Assembly: GCA_963701665.1 (NCBI GenBank)
Contig: OY969622.1
Location: 128,001 to 192,000, forward strand
DNA from: Candidatus Babeliales bacterium
GTDB taxonomy: Bacteria; Babelota; Babeliae; Babelales; JANWKD01
Reading direction: 5' to 3'
Length of the DNA stretch: 64,000 nt
Shown: piece by piece, positions 1-10,830 of the stretch
Layout of the letters: every line of letters begins with the position of its first letter
Numbering within the stretch: the stretch's first letter is position 1
The notes under the pieces: generated by a model
Databases searched by the model: none
What the model saw: the letters and a program-made list of their open reading frames with translations, nothing else
Told to the model about the DNA's origin: nothing
Made by a program: the position numbers and the translations under genes

Positions 1-499
1 GTTGCAATTGCGCGCGTCGTATTCCTTGTAAGGCGATCGCTCCGATTGTTGTGACACTCGCTTTTTTTAAATGCGCGCGTTCAGAAACTTTCACGACTAA
101 ATTTTCAGGCACACACACAAATTCTGCATGGTTTGCGTATCCGGAACCAGCGCACGCAACTAGATCGCCAGCGCGAATACTTTTTACTTTACTGCCAACA
201 GCAACAACCGTTCCAGAGCAAGAATAGCCAAGTGATTGCACCGTTCCGCTTAAACGACCCTTTACTAATGCTTGCGTTCCTTCAAAACCATTGGCTGCGA
301 GCGATTCTAATACTTTTTTTATTTTTTGCGGAATATTAGTAAAAAAAACATTTTTTGAAGCGTTTGAAATAGTTGCCGATTCAGTGCCAGAACTAATAAA
401 AGAATAGTTTACACTCACCAGCACTAAATTTTCATCTAATAGCGGTTCACACACTTCTTTGATGGCAATATGATTCTTTTCAATAAAAAGTTGACGCAT
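1..499 (-). CDS. Bi-domain oxidoreductase (Zn-dehydrogenase-like N-terminal domain) of a polysaccharide cluster, partial; runs off window start
   Basis: Not in ORF track; read manually from ATG 499-497 overlapping the wecC stop (TAATG): MRQLFIEKNHIAIKEVCEPLLDENLVLVSVNYSFISSGTE...GYSCSGTVVAVG...NHAEFVCVPENL...TIGAIALQGIRR. Confidence 0.75.
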   Translation of the reverse strand, partial: MRQLFIEKNHIAIKEVCEPLLDENLVLVSVNYSFISSGTESATISNASKNVFFTNIPQKIKKVLESLAANGFEGTQALVKGRLSGTVQSLGYSCSGTVVAVGSKVKSIRAGDLVACAGSGYANHAEFVCVPENLVVKVSERAHLKKASVTTIGAIALQGIRRAQLQ

Positions 500-1854
500 T
501 ATTGATACTCCTTGTCAAACAATGTCGTTGATGGCGAGCTAAAATAGGCAGGTTCAAAAGGCGTCATGGTCTCAACACTATTTGCAGGCCAGAAGAGCAC
601 TTCTTGCGCAGATGAATCAGCGTGCGGTTTATATAATAACCCACAAAAATCGAGAACTTTTTTATGCGTGCTCATATGGCGGTCAATATTTTTAAATTGA
701 CGGTGTGGCACTAAACAAACAACTATATCCGCACGATCTATACCTTCTTGCAATGATACAACCGCATTATTGAATAACGATTCAAGGGCTGTTTGTGCAA
801 CATTAGGCTCTGTTACTAAAAGCTGGCAGTCTGCATACTTTTGCAAAGTACGTGCAATCATTAAAGCAGGGGATTCGCGCATATCATCAACATCAGCTTT
901 GTAGGTTAATCCTAAGATAAGTACGGTAGGATTTCCTTCATGGTTCTTCTGCCACTCCTGAACCCACGATCGTGTTAACGAGATAACTTGTAAGGGCTTT
1001 GCGTCGTTAACGGCACGCGCGGTGTGCAATAAATGTGATTGCTGTGGGAAGGTCTCAATAAGAAACCAAGGATCAACGGCAATGCAATGACCGCCAACGC
1101 CACACGAGGGATTAAGAATATTCACACGCGGATGTTTGTTGGCGAGTGCAATAACTTCAAATGGATCTAACCCTGTTGCGTACGCCATGGCAGCGACTTG
1201 ATTAGCAAATGCAATGGCAACATCGCGCGAACTATTTTCAACGAGCTTGACCATTTCAGCAGTTGTTGCATTCGTTAAATACAATTGTCCCTTAACAAAT
1301 TGCTTATAAAAAACTTTAGCGCGATCGACAGAGTCATGGTTAATCCCGCCAATAATGCGCGCGTTATATATGAGTTCATAAAAAATTTTTCCTGGTAATA
1401 CGCGTTCAGGGCAATGCGCAACAAAAAAATCATGCCCGGCTCGCAAACCAGTCTTTTTTTCTAGAACGCGTGCACATTGATCAGTGACGCCAACCGGCAC
1501 GGTGGATTCGATAATCACAACATCATTACGTTTGAGCAGCGGAGCAAGTTGATCAATGGCCATCATGACGTAGGAAATATCAGCTTTCTTATCTTCTTTG
1601 AACGGCGTTGGCACTGCAACTATAAAACAATCTGCCTGTTCTAAAACTGTTGTGGCGCGAAAAATGCCTGATCTAATTAATGGTTGTAGCCGCTCAATAC
1701 TTTCTGGTTCTTGAATGACAGGATCATAGTTATTTATTCGATCGACACGCTGCGCATCGATATCAAACCCCACAACTTCAAAACCATGCTCTGCAGCAAC
1801 AATTGCGGTTGGCAATCCAATATAACCAAGCCCCATTATACAAATCTTTTTCAT
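499..1854 (-). CDS. wecC: UDP-N-acetyl-D-mannosamine dehydrogenase
   Basis: GLGYIGLP NAD motif, CPERVLPG, KLVEN, GVGGHCI; adjacent to wecB; start placed at MKKICIM. Confidence 0.9.
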   Translation of the reverse strand: MKKICIMGLGYIGLPTAIVAAEHGFEVVGFDIDAQRVDRINNYDPVIQEPESIERLQPLIRSGIFRATTVLEQADCFIVAVPTPFKEDKKADISYVMMAIDQLAPLLKRNDVVIIESTVPVGVTDQCARVLEKKTGLRAGHDFFVAHCPERVLPGKIFYELIYNARIIGGINHDSVDRAKVFYKQFVKGQLYLTNATTAEMVKLVENSSRDVAIAFANQVAAMAYATGLDPFEVIALANKHPRVNILNPSCGVGGHCIAVDPWFLIETFPQQSHLLHTARAVNDAKPLQVISLTRSWVQEWQKNHEGNPTVLILGLTYKADVDDMRESPALMIARTLQKYADCQLLVTEPNVAQTALESLFNNAVVSLQEGIDRADIVVCLVPHRQFKNIDRHMSTHKKVLDFCGLLYKPHADSSAQEVLFWPANSVETMTPFEPAYFSSPSTTLFDKEYQ

Positions 1855-1883
1855 GGGAGATTCCTTTTTTTGCAATCTTTTTT

Positions 1884-3062
1884 TTAGAGACTTGCCGTGT
1901 GAAATTTTTGCACTGAATCAAAATGAGGAGCATGATTGCGCTTGGTTTGGACAATATGAGCAATCATATCGGCAGCATGTCCAGTACCATAAATTGATGT
2001 TGATTGTGCTTGCACGCTCGGCGCATCATGCGATAACGTATGCATTGCTTTTTGGATTGTTTCAGGATTTGTGCCCACTAATGTTGCAAGCCCAGTCCAT
2101 AAACCTTCAACGCGCTCAGTTTTTTCACGTAATACAAGTACCGGTTTTCCTAAACTGATCGCTTCTTCTTGAATACCACCAGAATCAGTCGCAATCCAAT
2201 CAGCATTAAGTAATAGATATACTATTTCTTTATAGAGCAAAGGCCGGGTTAAGTATAAATTTGGAACTTTCGCTATACCAACTGTATCAACTGCTTCAAG
2301 TACATGTGGATTTGGGTGATAGGGATAAAAGAAAAAAGTATCAGGATTATTTGCTGCAAATTCTTTTATTGCAGTTAAGATTCGTACGATACCACCATTA
2401 AATGATTCTCGGCGATGCACCGTCAAAAGTACAATTTTTTTTCCGAGCAATTTGCATTCTTGGACTTTTTGCGTAATTTTTTCATCAATTATAAGTTCAT
2501 TGAGCGCGATTTTTTCTTTTATAATACGCAACGTATCAACAACAGTATTTCCGGTACAATAAATTGCTTCGCGCGAAACACCTTCAGCAAGCAAATTACC
2601 AACGTTGAGTGGCGTTGGTGCAAAATGGTATTGTGTCACCATCGAAATAAAACGACGATTCATTTCTTCAGGAAATGGGCTCTTAATATCATTGGTACGT
2701 AAGCCAGCTTCAACGTGCCCAATAGGAATATTTAAATAAAAAGCAGCCATCGCCGCAGCCATACTTGAAGTTGTATCACCTTGCACTAACACTAAGCATG
2801 GATTTACTTTGTTATAAAATATTTTTAATTTTTGCAAAGCAGTTTCAGTAATATGAAAAAGATCTTGATTTGGTTGCATGATATCAAGTTGATAATCAGG
2901 AACTATACCAAAAAGATCGTAGACTTCTTGTAATAGATAGGAATGTTGATCAGTTGAGCAGAGTACAATCGAAATTTGCATTTTTTTGAATGCAAGATAC
3001 AGAGGAATCATTTTGATGCCTTCTGGTCGTGTACCAACTATGAGAACAATAGGACTTGTCAT
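1884..3062 (-). CDS. wecB: UDP-N-acetylglucosamine 2-epimerase (non-hydrolysing)
   Basis: GTRPEGIK, VQGDTT, HVEAGLRT, PFPEEMNR, TDSGGIQEEA. Confidence 0.95.
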   Translation of the reverse strand: MTSPIVLIVGTRPEGIKMIPLYLAFKKMQISIVLCSTDQHSYLLQEVYDLFGIVPDYQLDIMQPNQDLFHITETALQKLKIFYNKVNPCLVLVQGDTTSSMAAAMAAFYLNIPIGHVEAGLRTNDIKSPFPEEMNRRFISMVTQYHFAPTPLNVGNLLAEGVSREAIYCTGNTVVDTLRIIKEKIALNELIIDEKITQKVQECKLLGKKIVLLTVHRRESFNGGIVRILTAIKEFAANNPDTFFFYPYHPNPHVLEAVDTVGIAKVPNLYLTRPLLYKEIVYLLLNADWIATDSGGIQEEAISLGKPVLVLREKTERVEGLWTGLATLVGTNPETIQKAMHTLSHDAPSVQAQSTSIYGTGHAADMIAHIVQTKRNHAPHFDSVQKFHTASL

Positions 3063-3158
3063 AACACTCTCTCCGTATCATGAGGATCATAGATAGTTAT
3101 GGTCCAAGATATCATAGTGAGCATAATTGAACAAGAGGGGGAAATGTGAGCGATGTAA

Positions 3159-3575
3159 TTATTTTGCTGGAATACAACGTTGCATTATATCATGCATAAT
3201 TTGATAATATTTGTTAGCACGTTCGCTAATTTCTTGTGCGAGAGCCTCATTGTACGTATGAGAAGTTAGATTGCGATCATCAACCATCCCTAGTAGTGTT
3301 TCAAATTGCTCAGCAGAAATTATTTTTGCATTAAGAGATTCTCTAAAAATTGCTTTAGGACTACTAATTATAATGTTAATTTTATGTTCAGATCCTAAAT
3401 ATTCCTTTAGATATTTCCAAAAAGTATCCATAGAATATTCAAATCGTTTAATGACTGAATCTCGCAATTCATTATGCAATTCTTTATACTTAGGGTTTCT
3501 AATAACTTCTAAAGATTCATGTAATGTCTTTAATGTTTGCATTACAACTTGATATTTGGTTTCTAAGCTTTCCAT
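3159..3575 (-). CDS. HEPN RNase toxin (HI0074-like) of an MNT-HEPN module
   Basis: RDSVIKRFEY and RNLTSHTY (Rx4HxY); overlaps the upstream MNT gene. Confidence 0.88.
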   Translation of the reverse strand: MESLETKYQVVMQTLKTLHESLEVIRNPKYKELHNELRDSVIKRFEYSMDTFWKYLKEYLGSEHKINIIISSPKAIFRESLNAKIISAEQFETLLGMVDDRNLTSHTYNEALAQEISERANKYYQIMHDIMQRCIPAK

Positions 3576-3865
3576 ACCACTTTATCTTTCATAATTGCTT
3601 TTTGCATTGCGTCAGTAATGTTATGGAAATCCACAATATCAACTTTGTAGGGAATATTTGTTGCAACCATGATGTCTCTAAGCTCTCCCACCGTTAATCG
3701 TGGTAATTTTTTACCTGTATCAAGTGCCAAATCAATATCAGACCATTCAGCATTTGTGCCTCGGGCGCGTGAACCATAAAGATAAATCTTTGCTTCAGGC
3801 ACTAAGGCACTAATAATTGCGATAATTTTATTTTTACTCTCTTCTTTTACTTCAAATTTTTTCAT
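3563..3865 (-). CDS. Minimal nucleotidyltransferase (MNT) antitoxin
   Basis: YLYGSRARG...SDIDLA (GSx10DxD), KVDIVD. Confidence 0.88.
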   Translation of the reverse strand: MKKFEVKEESKNKIIAIISALVPEAKIYLYGSRARGTNAEWSDIDLALDTGKKLPRLTVGELRDIMVATNIPYKVDIVDFHNITDAMQKAIMKDKVVWKA

Positions 3866-3945
3866 TTTTTTATTTTCTTGAGTCTATTTTTATTTATTCC
3901 TGAGTCGCATTTAGTATGATCGTAATTCTTGTTGTATGTAAAGAA

Positions 3946-5556
3946 TCAAAATAATTCTTTGATCGTAGCATCAACTTGCTTAGAAGTAAGCGTAGTCGCC
4001 ATAGCACGATAAAACTGTTCATCGTATTCGCGCGTTTGCACCACCACCGGCATAGCAACCGCGTGGCCAAGTAATAATGCTTGTTTTTTTGTGTCGAGTG
4101 AAGCAAGAATAATGCGCAAGCTGGTTGCATTAGTGACACCCGTCAGCACCGCTTGAATATCTTTTTCATCATTAAGTTGCGCGACTATTTTTGTACCAAT
4201 TTGGGAAATAATTTCTTGATCAATACCCGATGGGCGTTGATCGACAATTAAGAGCGATACATAATATTTGCGCATTTCACGCGCAATAATACCAAAAATG
4301 GTTTGGCGCGCGGCAGTTGGATTTAAAAATTTGTGCGCTTCTTCAATACAGATCATTAACTTTGTTGGCTCATCTTCAATGCGTTGTGAACCCAAAAACT
4401 TTTCTGTTTTATCAACATATTCTTGGTGAATGCGTCGCGTTATAATGTTGGCAACAAGTAAATAACAAAAAGTGGAAGTAAAATTGCCAAATTCAATGAT
4501 AATTGATGTACCTTTACTTATATATTCCATCATTTGATCAATAACAGAATTGTCTTTATAAGCGCCCGCTTGAGATGGTTTAAAAAATGGCAATCGTTCA
4601 ATACGTTTTAACTTGCGATATAGCGCCGCCACCGATTCAGGATGTGCACCTAATTCTGTTGCAAACTCTTTAAGTGTATCACCTTGAGAAAGTAGTACTT
4701 GCAACCAATCTCTTTTATATTTTGCTGCAATCAAATAGGCGCATTCAACGGCCGTTGCATGCAAATTCAGTTCATCCTGAAGGGAAAGAATGTCTTCAAC
4801 ATTCACACTTTGATAAGAAAGACTGACTTCAACATCAGCCATGCCGCCACGTCGGCGCGTTGATTCCGGATCTAAAGAGAAAATCACAATTTTACCGGGA
4901 AATAATGTTTTTAAGCCTTTGACAAACGCGTGCGATTTTCCTTCGGTGCGCGCCTGAAGGCCATATTCACTGTGCATATCAAAAATGATGGTAACTGCTT
5001 TTTCTTGTTTGATAAGCCCTGCTAACACTAAACGCGTCAAAAAAGTTTTACCCGTTCCCGTTTTTCCAAAAATCCCATTACTGCGCTCGGTTAATCGTTC
5101 AAGATCCAAACATACCGGCGTTTGCATATCGAGGGGACAGCCAACATTGAAATAACGCTGTGAAACATCATCTTCATTGCCAAAAATTGCCGCAACATCA
5201 TGCTTATCGGCTTCATGCACGGCAGAAAAATGAGCGGGGATAGTTTTAACCGGCATTTTTTCTAGGCGTTTAGTGAGCATCAGCATTGGCTTGAGTTGTG
5301 CCGTTGCATAGACATCTTTTTTGCGCAACATAGAACGCAAAAACGTTTCTTGTTCTGTGGGTGGAAATAATAAAATATCAGGATGGCTTACTGCCAACGT
5401 AAGATCGGTGATGAGTGAAAAGAAAGTATATTCACCACCAACGATAGAAACAAACTTGCCTGTTTTTATCTCTTCCAAGTTGGTGTCAGGATTAATGCGC
5501 ATCACTAACCCTTCAGTTAGTGAGCCAGAAAGAATATGTCCTAAGATTTTTTTCAT
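3946..5556 (-). CDS. HerA-like (DUF87) FtsK/HerA ATPase
   Basis: N-terminal HAS-barrel-like region, Walker A GKTGTGKT, FDMHSEY, Walker B IEEAHKF, REMRKY, DQRPS. Confidence 0.85.
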   Translation of the reverse strand: MKKILGHILSGSLTEGLVMRINPDTNLEEIKTGKFVSIVGGEYTFFSLITDLTLAVSHPDILLFPPTEQETFLRSMLRKKDVYATAQLKPMLMLTKRLEKMPVKTIPAHFSAVHEADKHDVAAIFGNEDDVSQRYFNVGCPLDMQTPVCLDLERLTERSNGIFGKTGTGKTFLTRLVLAGLIKQEKAVTIIFDMHSEYGLQARTEGKSHAFVKGLKTLFPGKIVIFSLDPESTRRRGGMADVEVSLSYQSVNVEDILSLQDELNLHATAVECAYLIAAKYKRDWLQVLLSQGDTLKEFATELGAHPESVAALYRKLKRIERLPFFKPSQAGAYKDNSVIDQMMEYISKGTSIIIEFGNFTSTFCYLLVANIITRRIHQEYVDKTEKFLGSQRIEDEPTKLMICIEEAHKFLNPTAARQTIFGIIAREMRKYYVSLLIVDQRPSGIDQEIISQIGTKIVAQLNDEKDIQAVLTGVTNATSLRIILASLDTKKQALLLGHAVAMPVVVQTREYDEQFYRAMATTLTSKQVDATIKELF

Positions 5557-5574
5557 AGAATGATTACACAGAAT

Positions 5575-6078
5575 TTAATTCCGCTTATTAATAAAATTTC
5601 GAAGATCACGAATTTCATCTTCTTCCCCATCCCTATACCATGCAAATCGTGCTTCATTATTTTTGATTGCTTCATATATTTTTGCAATTTCTTCGGTAGT
5701 TACCAATCTAACGGATAGATTATGCCCAGAAAGTTTATCATTGATCAAAGCACGAAAGCGATAAAACCTATTTTTTAATATTAAAGGATATAAATTATAA
5801 CCTTCTTGAAAACCTTCTCTATCATTGCCCCATTGCCAGGGAAATGTAGAGACCAATCCTACCTTCATCAAACCTTCTCTTCCATGGATGTGATAACTAT
5901 TTTTGCCAAAATACAATGAATCTGTTTGATAAGCAATTATACGACCCTCGAATGGCACCATCTTCCTCCAATGACCAATTTTGGTCATTGAAGTTTCCTC
6001 AACCTTTTTTTCTGAATCTTCCATTCCAAAACCAACATTAACAATTAAAAGCGATAGCAAAAAAAGTTTAATATTCAT
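5575..6078 (-). CDS. Exported hypothetical protein
   Basis: Signal peptide MNIKLFLLSLLIVNVGFG then MED; AGGAG RBS upstream. Confidence 0.65.
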   Translation of the reverse strand: MNIKLFLLSLLIVNVGFGMEDSEKKVEETSMTKIGHWRKMVPFEGRIIAYQTDSLYFGKNSYHIHGREGLMKVGLVSTFPWQWGNDREGFQEGYNLYPLILKNRFYRFRALINDKLSGHNLSVRLVTTEEIAKIYEAIKNNEARFAWYRDGEEDEIRDLRNFINKRN

Positions 6079-6091
6079 CTTGATCTCCTGC

Positions 6092-8692
6092 TTATTTTTG
6101 ATGTTGCACAACCCACTTCTTTAATGAATCTTCAAAATCTAAGCCAACGAGCGGGCCACCACCTTGCAACGTAAGGCCTTTGCCACCACAACGCAATCCT
6201 TTTTGCTCCAGCCACGCAGAAAGATCTTTCAATGAAAAATGAGTTTCATATTCAGGTGATAACGCTGCATATAATGAACTGCGATGCGCATCACCGGTAA
6301 GTAAGAAATAAAAACCAGGTTTTTTCTGTTGCAACAATGTTGCTAAGTCTTTCATTTCTTCATTAGAAAGTTCGGGCATTGATACATACAAGAACGGAAT
6401 TTTGCCAACGAGGGTAATTTTTTCAAGTAACGAGGGAACTTCACCTTTTATCGCTGCAGATTTTAATTTTTTTATCTGAGATTGCGCGTGTTTGAGGTGC
6501 TCACGTTGTTTTGCGAGCGTTGTTAACAGTTCATCCGCGCGCACTTTATATTCTTGTGCGAGGTTTTTAACAATGGAAAAACTTTGTTGGAAAAGTTCAA
6601 CCGCTTTGGGTCCTGTTACTGCCACTAAGCGACGCTGCCCAGCTGAAAGGGCGGTAACCTCAGTGATTTTAAAGCAGCCGATATCACCCGTTGCACGCAC
6701 ATGCGTTCCGCCGCACAATTCTGCAGAAAACCCTGGCACAGTAACCACACGCACCTTATCAGGATTATATTTTTCGCCAAAGAATGCTATGACGCCAGCA
6801 TTCACCGCATCTTTATATGTGGTTTCTTTAGTTGATACGGGAATATTTTCTTGAATCTTTTTGTTAACCACATCTTCAACGCGCTTAATTTGCTCAGGGG
6901 TTAAATTTTCATGGTAGGTAAAATCAAAGCGCAAATAATCGGGCACTACCAATGAACCAGCTTGTTTGACTTGTTTTCCTAATAATTCAATAAGCGCCGC
7001 TTGAAGCAAGTGCGTTGCGGTATGATTCTTCATTGTATCCAAGCGCACTTCTTTATTGACAACCTGTTTCACTGAATCGCCAACTGAAATTGCAATAGGG
7101 GTTTCAAGCTCAATAGCGATCGCGCCATCAATTTTTTTAAGCCCATCAATCGACACGCTATATTCATTACCGAAAATAACCTTACCTTGATCGCTCACTT
7201 GCCCTCCGCACTCGACATAAAAAGGCGAGGTTTGGGTAATGATCCAACACTTTTTGCGTGCGCCAACTGAGTTTACTAATTTATTTTCATGAATGATGGC
7301 AGTGATCGGCGATACTGTTTCTAATTCTTGGTAACCAGTAAAAGTGGTTTTGACCGATACTGGCAGGGTGATTTCTTTTTCTTCATGCACAACTTTTTTG
7401 CCTGATTGTTCACGTTGTTTTTCCATGTGCTCATTAAATGATTGCACATCAACAGCAAAACCTTTTTCCTGAGCAATGAGTTGCGTCAACTCAAGGGGAA
7501 AGCCATACGTATCATATAATTTGAATGCTTGCTCACCCGAAACAATTTTGTTTTTATCCTTGGCGAAATATTCTTCAAGTATATGTTGCCCGTGCACTAA
7601 ATTGGTTGCAAATTTTTCTACTTCGCTCTTGAGCAAACTAATAATTGCTTGTCTATTTTCTTTCAACTCCGGATAAATTGATGACATGTGATCAATTACC
7701 ACATTAGCAAGTTCTGGGAAAATCTGTTTTTCTGTTAATTTTTTTGAAAATAATGCCGCGCGGCGAATAATTTTACGCAGCACATACCCTCGCCCTTCAT
7801 TAGATGGCGAGCAACCATCAGCAATCAAAAACGAAGACGCGCGAATATGGTCGGCAAGCACGTGAAATGCAGCTTTTAGCGCAGGGGATTGATTTTTGTA
7901 TACTAGCCCAGTTAATTTTTCAATACCAGCTATGATTGGTGCAAAAAGATCTGTTTCAAAGACTGAATCTTTATCTTGCACAATGACACACAAACGCTCG
8001 AGTCCCATACCCGTATCAACGCCCACGCGTTTGAGCGGGTTATCTTGGCCATTTGGTTGACGATCAAATTGCATAAATACCAAATTCCAAACTTCTAGGA
8101 AACGATCGCATGAACATCCCGGTGCACACGTTTTTTTTCCACACCCTCGATCTGCGCCACGATCAACGAGCAATTCTGAGCAGGGGCCACATGGGCCTGT
8201 ATCACCCATTTGCCAAAAATTATCAGCCTCGCCAAGACGGTGAACTTGCGATTCAGGAAGTCCAATTTCTTTGTGCCAAATATCATACGCTTCATCATCT
8301 TTTTTGTAGACGGTGGCATGCAATGTTTCGGGGTTAAAGCCCATCTCTTTAATAAGAAAATCCCAGGCAAATTTAATAGCATCTTTCTTGAAATAATCCC
8401 CAAAGGAAAAGTTGCCCATCATTTCAAAAAAGGTAAGATGGCGCTTGGTAAAACCAACATTATCAAGATCGTTATGCTTACCGCCAGCGCGCATGCATTT
8501 TTGAATGCTCACCGCACGCGTATAACTGCGCGTCTCTTTGCCTAAAAAAAGATCTTTGAACTGATTCATACCAGCATTGGTAAATAAAATTGTAGGATCT
8601 TGGGCAGGGATTAAGGATGAACTTGGAACTTTGGTATGCTGACGTTTTTCAAAGAAATCAAAAAACTTTTTGCGGATTTCTAGGGAATTCAT
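6092..8692 (-). CDS. alaS: Alanine--tRNA ligase
   Basis: FTNAGMNQFK, TFFEMMGNFSFGDYFK, NHTATHLL, ELCGGTH. Confidence 0.98.
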   Translation of the reverse strand: MNSLEIRKKFFDFFEKRQHTKVPSSSLIPAQDPTILFTNAGMNQFKDLFLGKETRSYTRAVSIQKCMRAGGKHNDLDNVGFTKRHLTFFEMMGNFSFGDYFKKDAIKFAWDFLIKEMGFNPETLHATVYKKDDEAYDIWHKEIGLPESQVHRLGEADNFWQMGDTGPCGPCSELLVDRGADRGCGKKTCAPGCSCDRFLEVWNLVFMQFDRQPNGQDNPLKRVGVDTGMGLERLCVIVQDKDSVFETDLFAPIIAGIEKLTGLVYKNQSPALKAAFHVLADHIRASSFLIADGCSPSNEGRGYVLRKIIRRAALFSKKLTEKQIFPELANVVIDHMSSIYPELKENRQAIISLLKSEVEKFATNLVHGQHILEEYFAKDKNKIVSGEQAFKLYDTYGFPLELTQLIAQEKGFAVDVQSFNEHMEKQREQSGKKVVHEEKEITLPVSVKTTFTGYQELETVSPITAIIHENKLVNSVGARKKCWIITQTSPFYVECGGQVSDQGKVIFGNEYSVSIDGLKKIDGAIAIELETPIAISVGDSVKQVVNKEVRLDTMKNHTATHLLQAALIELLGKQVKQAGSLVVPDYLRFDFTYHENLTPEQIKRVEDVVNKKIQENIPVSTKETTYKDAVNAGVIAFFGEKYNPDKVRVVTVPGFSAELCGGTHVRATGDIGCFKITEVTALSAGQRRLVAVTGPKAVELFQQSFSIVKNLAQEYKVRADELLTTLAKQREHLKHAQSQIKKLKSAAIKGEVPSLLEKITLVGKIPFLYVSMPELSNEEMKDLATLLQQKKPGFYFLLTGDAHRSSLYAALSPEYETHFSLKDLSAWLEQKGLRCGGKGLTLQGGGPLVGLDFEDSLKKWVVQHQK

Positions 8693-8751
8693 ATAATCTT
8701 TCTAACGTGGTACTGATAACTTTAATCTTTGTAATATAATATTATTCTAAA

Positions 8752-9282
8752 TCAGCTTTTTTGGAAGTTCGTTACCCGTTTAAAGTGAACCCTTTTAGGA
8801 TCTTCTTTGCAATCTCGAGCAAATTCCCTCAAATGATTGGAGCTATTGTGCATAAATCTTTTTGCTCGTTTTTTTTGATGATATTTCAATACGTTTTTAA
8901 GATTTTTTAGAAACTCTCGTTCAAGCATATGTTTATCAGATCCCGATTCAACATGCTTCTCAAGAACTTCAAAATATTCTTTAACTTTAACCGCCTGCTC
9001 ATCTTGTTCAAGCTCATCTTTGAACACTTTTAAATAATCATTCACCCGTTGAGCCAAACGCTCCATCGACTTTTTTTCTTGTTTCGTTAATTTTGAATTT
9101 TCAATTTTATTACAAATCCTATTCCAATGATTAAGAGCGCGAACATAGTTTCTCACAAGAATAAGGCTGACAAAATTATCAATTGTCTTTAACGGTGCAA
9201 ACCATTCTGGATTGATCATTACATCATGAGCAAGACATTGAATAACCGACGCTAAAACTATCCCTAAATATAATTTTTTCAT
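8752..9282 (-). CDS. Exported hypothetical protein
   Basis: 176-aa ORF with signal-peptide-like N-terminus, charged and helical. Confidence 0.65.
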   Translation of the reverse strand: MKKLYLGIVLASVIQCLAHDVMINPEWFAPLKTIDNFVSLILVRNYVRALNHWNRICNKIENSKLTKQEKKSMERLAQRVNDYLKVFKDELEQDEQAVKVKEYFEVLEKHVESGSDKHMLEREFLKNLKNVLKYHQKKRAKRFMHNSSNHLREFARDCKEDPKRVHFKRVTNFQKS

Positions 9283-9307
9283 GACGTCCTAGAAGCAATG
9301 AATTTTT

Positions 9308-9868
9308 CTATAACCTTGTGTTGATTATAGCCTGAGCACCCTCTAAAAATTCATGCATATAAGCATCTAATGTAGCGAATTTATCTTGGGTTATAGTACA
9401 AATATTTTCGGCATTATCGGTATCCATAATTTTTGATAAACCAGTAATATCAGAAAAAGCATCAAAATATTTTTCAACCGTACGCCTTAATGGATGATTA
9501 AATGCATCGATAAAGTATTGCTGTAATGATTCAAATTGGCCAATGACATTTTTTTCTTTGTCAGTAAGCCCTTCATGTGGCAAATCCTGAGAATTAAGAT
9601 AAATCTTCTTATAAATATCTTTATTTTCAACTACTAAATGCACAAGTGAGCAATAATTTTGTATTAAATTTAAAATAAATTTTTGTTCTTCGATGCTTAG
9701 TTTGCTAAAATCTTGTAACCACATATTCTTATAAAAATGAGCGATATTGTTGTCTTCCTGCGTTAAATTTAGCTCATTAATATCGGACAATTTTGATATA
9801 CTAGATTCGTTAGCATACATTAATGAAAATGCAAAGCACAAATAAGCTTTTAATAATTGTTTAACCAT
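9308..9868 (-). CDS. Exported hypothetical protein, paralog of 9918-10442
   Basis: Signal peptide; shared NYxSLxHxxxENxxxYxKI and LTxxExN motifs. Confidence 0.7.
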   Translation of the reverse strand: MVKQLLKAYLCFAFSLMYANESSISKLSDINELNLTQEDNNIAHFYKNMWLQDFSKLSIEEQKFILNLIQNYCSLVHLVVENKDIYKKIYLNSQDLPHEGLTDKEKNVIGQFESLQQYFIDAFNHPLRRTVEKYFDAFSDITGLSKIMDTDNAENICTITQDKFATLDAYMHEFLEGAQAIINTRL

Positions 9869-9917
9869 ACTGTTATCCCTAACTAATTAACCCTAATAGT
9901 TTTTTTATTTTTACAAT

Positions 9918-10442
9918 TTACTGAGGATTATCCTCAACATATATTTTCACTGCTTCGAAAAATGTCTCCATATTATTTAATATTTCTGCACACTCTTCAT
10001 CAGTCGCATCACAAATATTAAATAACTTGTAGCGATTATCAGGATCTTCCTCAATTTTCATATAGCCAGAGATCAATAGAAAATTTTTCATGAGCTGATT
10101 CATTTCTTCGCTTGGTGCAAAATCACGATTTTGAGTTTCACTCAGATATCTTCTTAAGGCTTCCAAATGCGTATAATGATTTCTTTCTTGTTCGGTCAAA
10201 TCTGCATATAAATATTTTTTGGCGTTCATATTACCAATAATCTTTCTATACGTAGTAGGATTTTCGGCAAGACAATGAATAAGGGAATAATAGTTACCTA
10301 TCTCAGAAAACAGAATTTCCTGATCTTTCTTATTCTGCTGATGAAAAATATTAAACCATTCATCCTTAGTTAAAAATGTCTCCTGAGCATAAGAAACTAA
10401 TGTCATCAAACACAAAAAGCTCATTACTAATTTTTTTACCAT
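9918..10442 (-). CDS. Exported hypothetical protein, paralog of 9308-9868
   Basis: Signal peptide ending SYA; same shared motifs. Confidence 0.7.
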   Translation of the reverse strand: MVKKLVMSFLCLMTLVSYAQETFLTKDEWFNIFHQQNKKDQEILFSEIGNYYSLIHCLAENPTTYRKIIGNMNAKKYLYADLTEQERNHYTHLEALRRYLSETQNRDFAPSEEMNQLMKNFLLISGYMKIEEDPDNRYKLFNICDATDEECAEILNNMETFFEAVKIYVEDNPQ

Positions 10443-10445
10443 TAT

Positions 10446-10766
10446 TTATCCTAACAATTGTTTGATTTTGCTATGAAGATCTTCTTTACTCATATACCCT
10501 GTTTCTTTGCCCACAACAGCCCCGTTCTTTATAAACACAAAAGTGGGAATCGAGGTTACCCCATATTTGATAGCCAATTCTCGGGATTCATCGACATTTA
10601 ATTTCAAAAATTTATGAGTTTTTGCTAGCTCTTTTGATAGTTCCTCGACAATTGGCATCATTTGCAAGCAGGGACCGCACCAGGTTGCATAGACATCTAA
10701 CACAATAGGCATAGAGGAATTAGTCACTTCTTTATCGAAATTTTCTTTTGTTAACGGAATCGGCAT
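10446..10766 (-). CDS. trxA: Thioredoxin
   Basis: WCGPC active site, SIPT. Confidence 0.95.
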   Translation of the reverse strand: MPIPLTKENFDKEVTNSSMPIVLDVYATWCGPCLQMMPIVEELSKELAKTHKFLKLNVDESRELAIKYGVTSIPTFVFIKNGAVVGKETGYMSKEDLHSKIKQLLG

Positions 10767-10830
10767 AAGGCATCCTTTTTATCTTTCAAAATTTACCTGA
10801 TATTTATTAATCTTATCGTACTTTACCATG

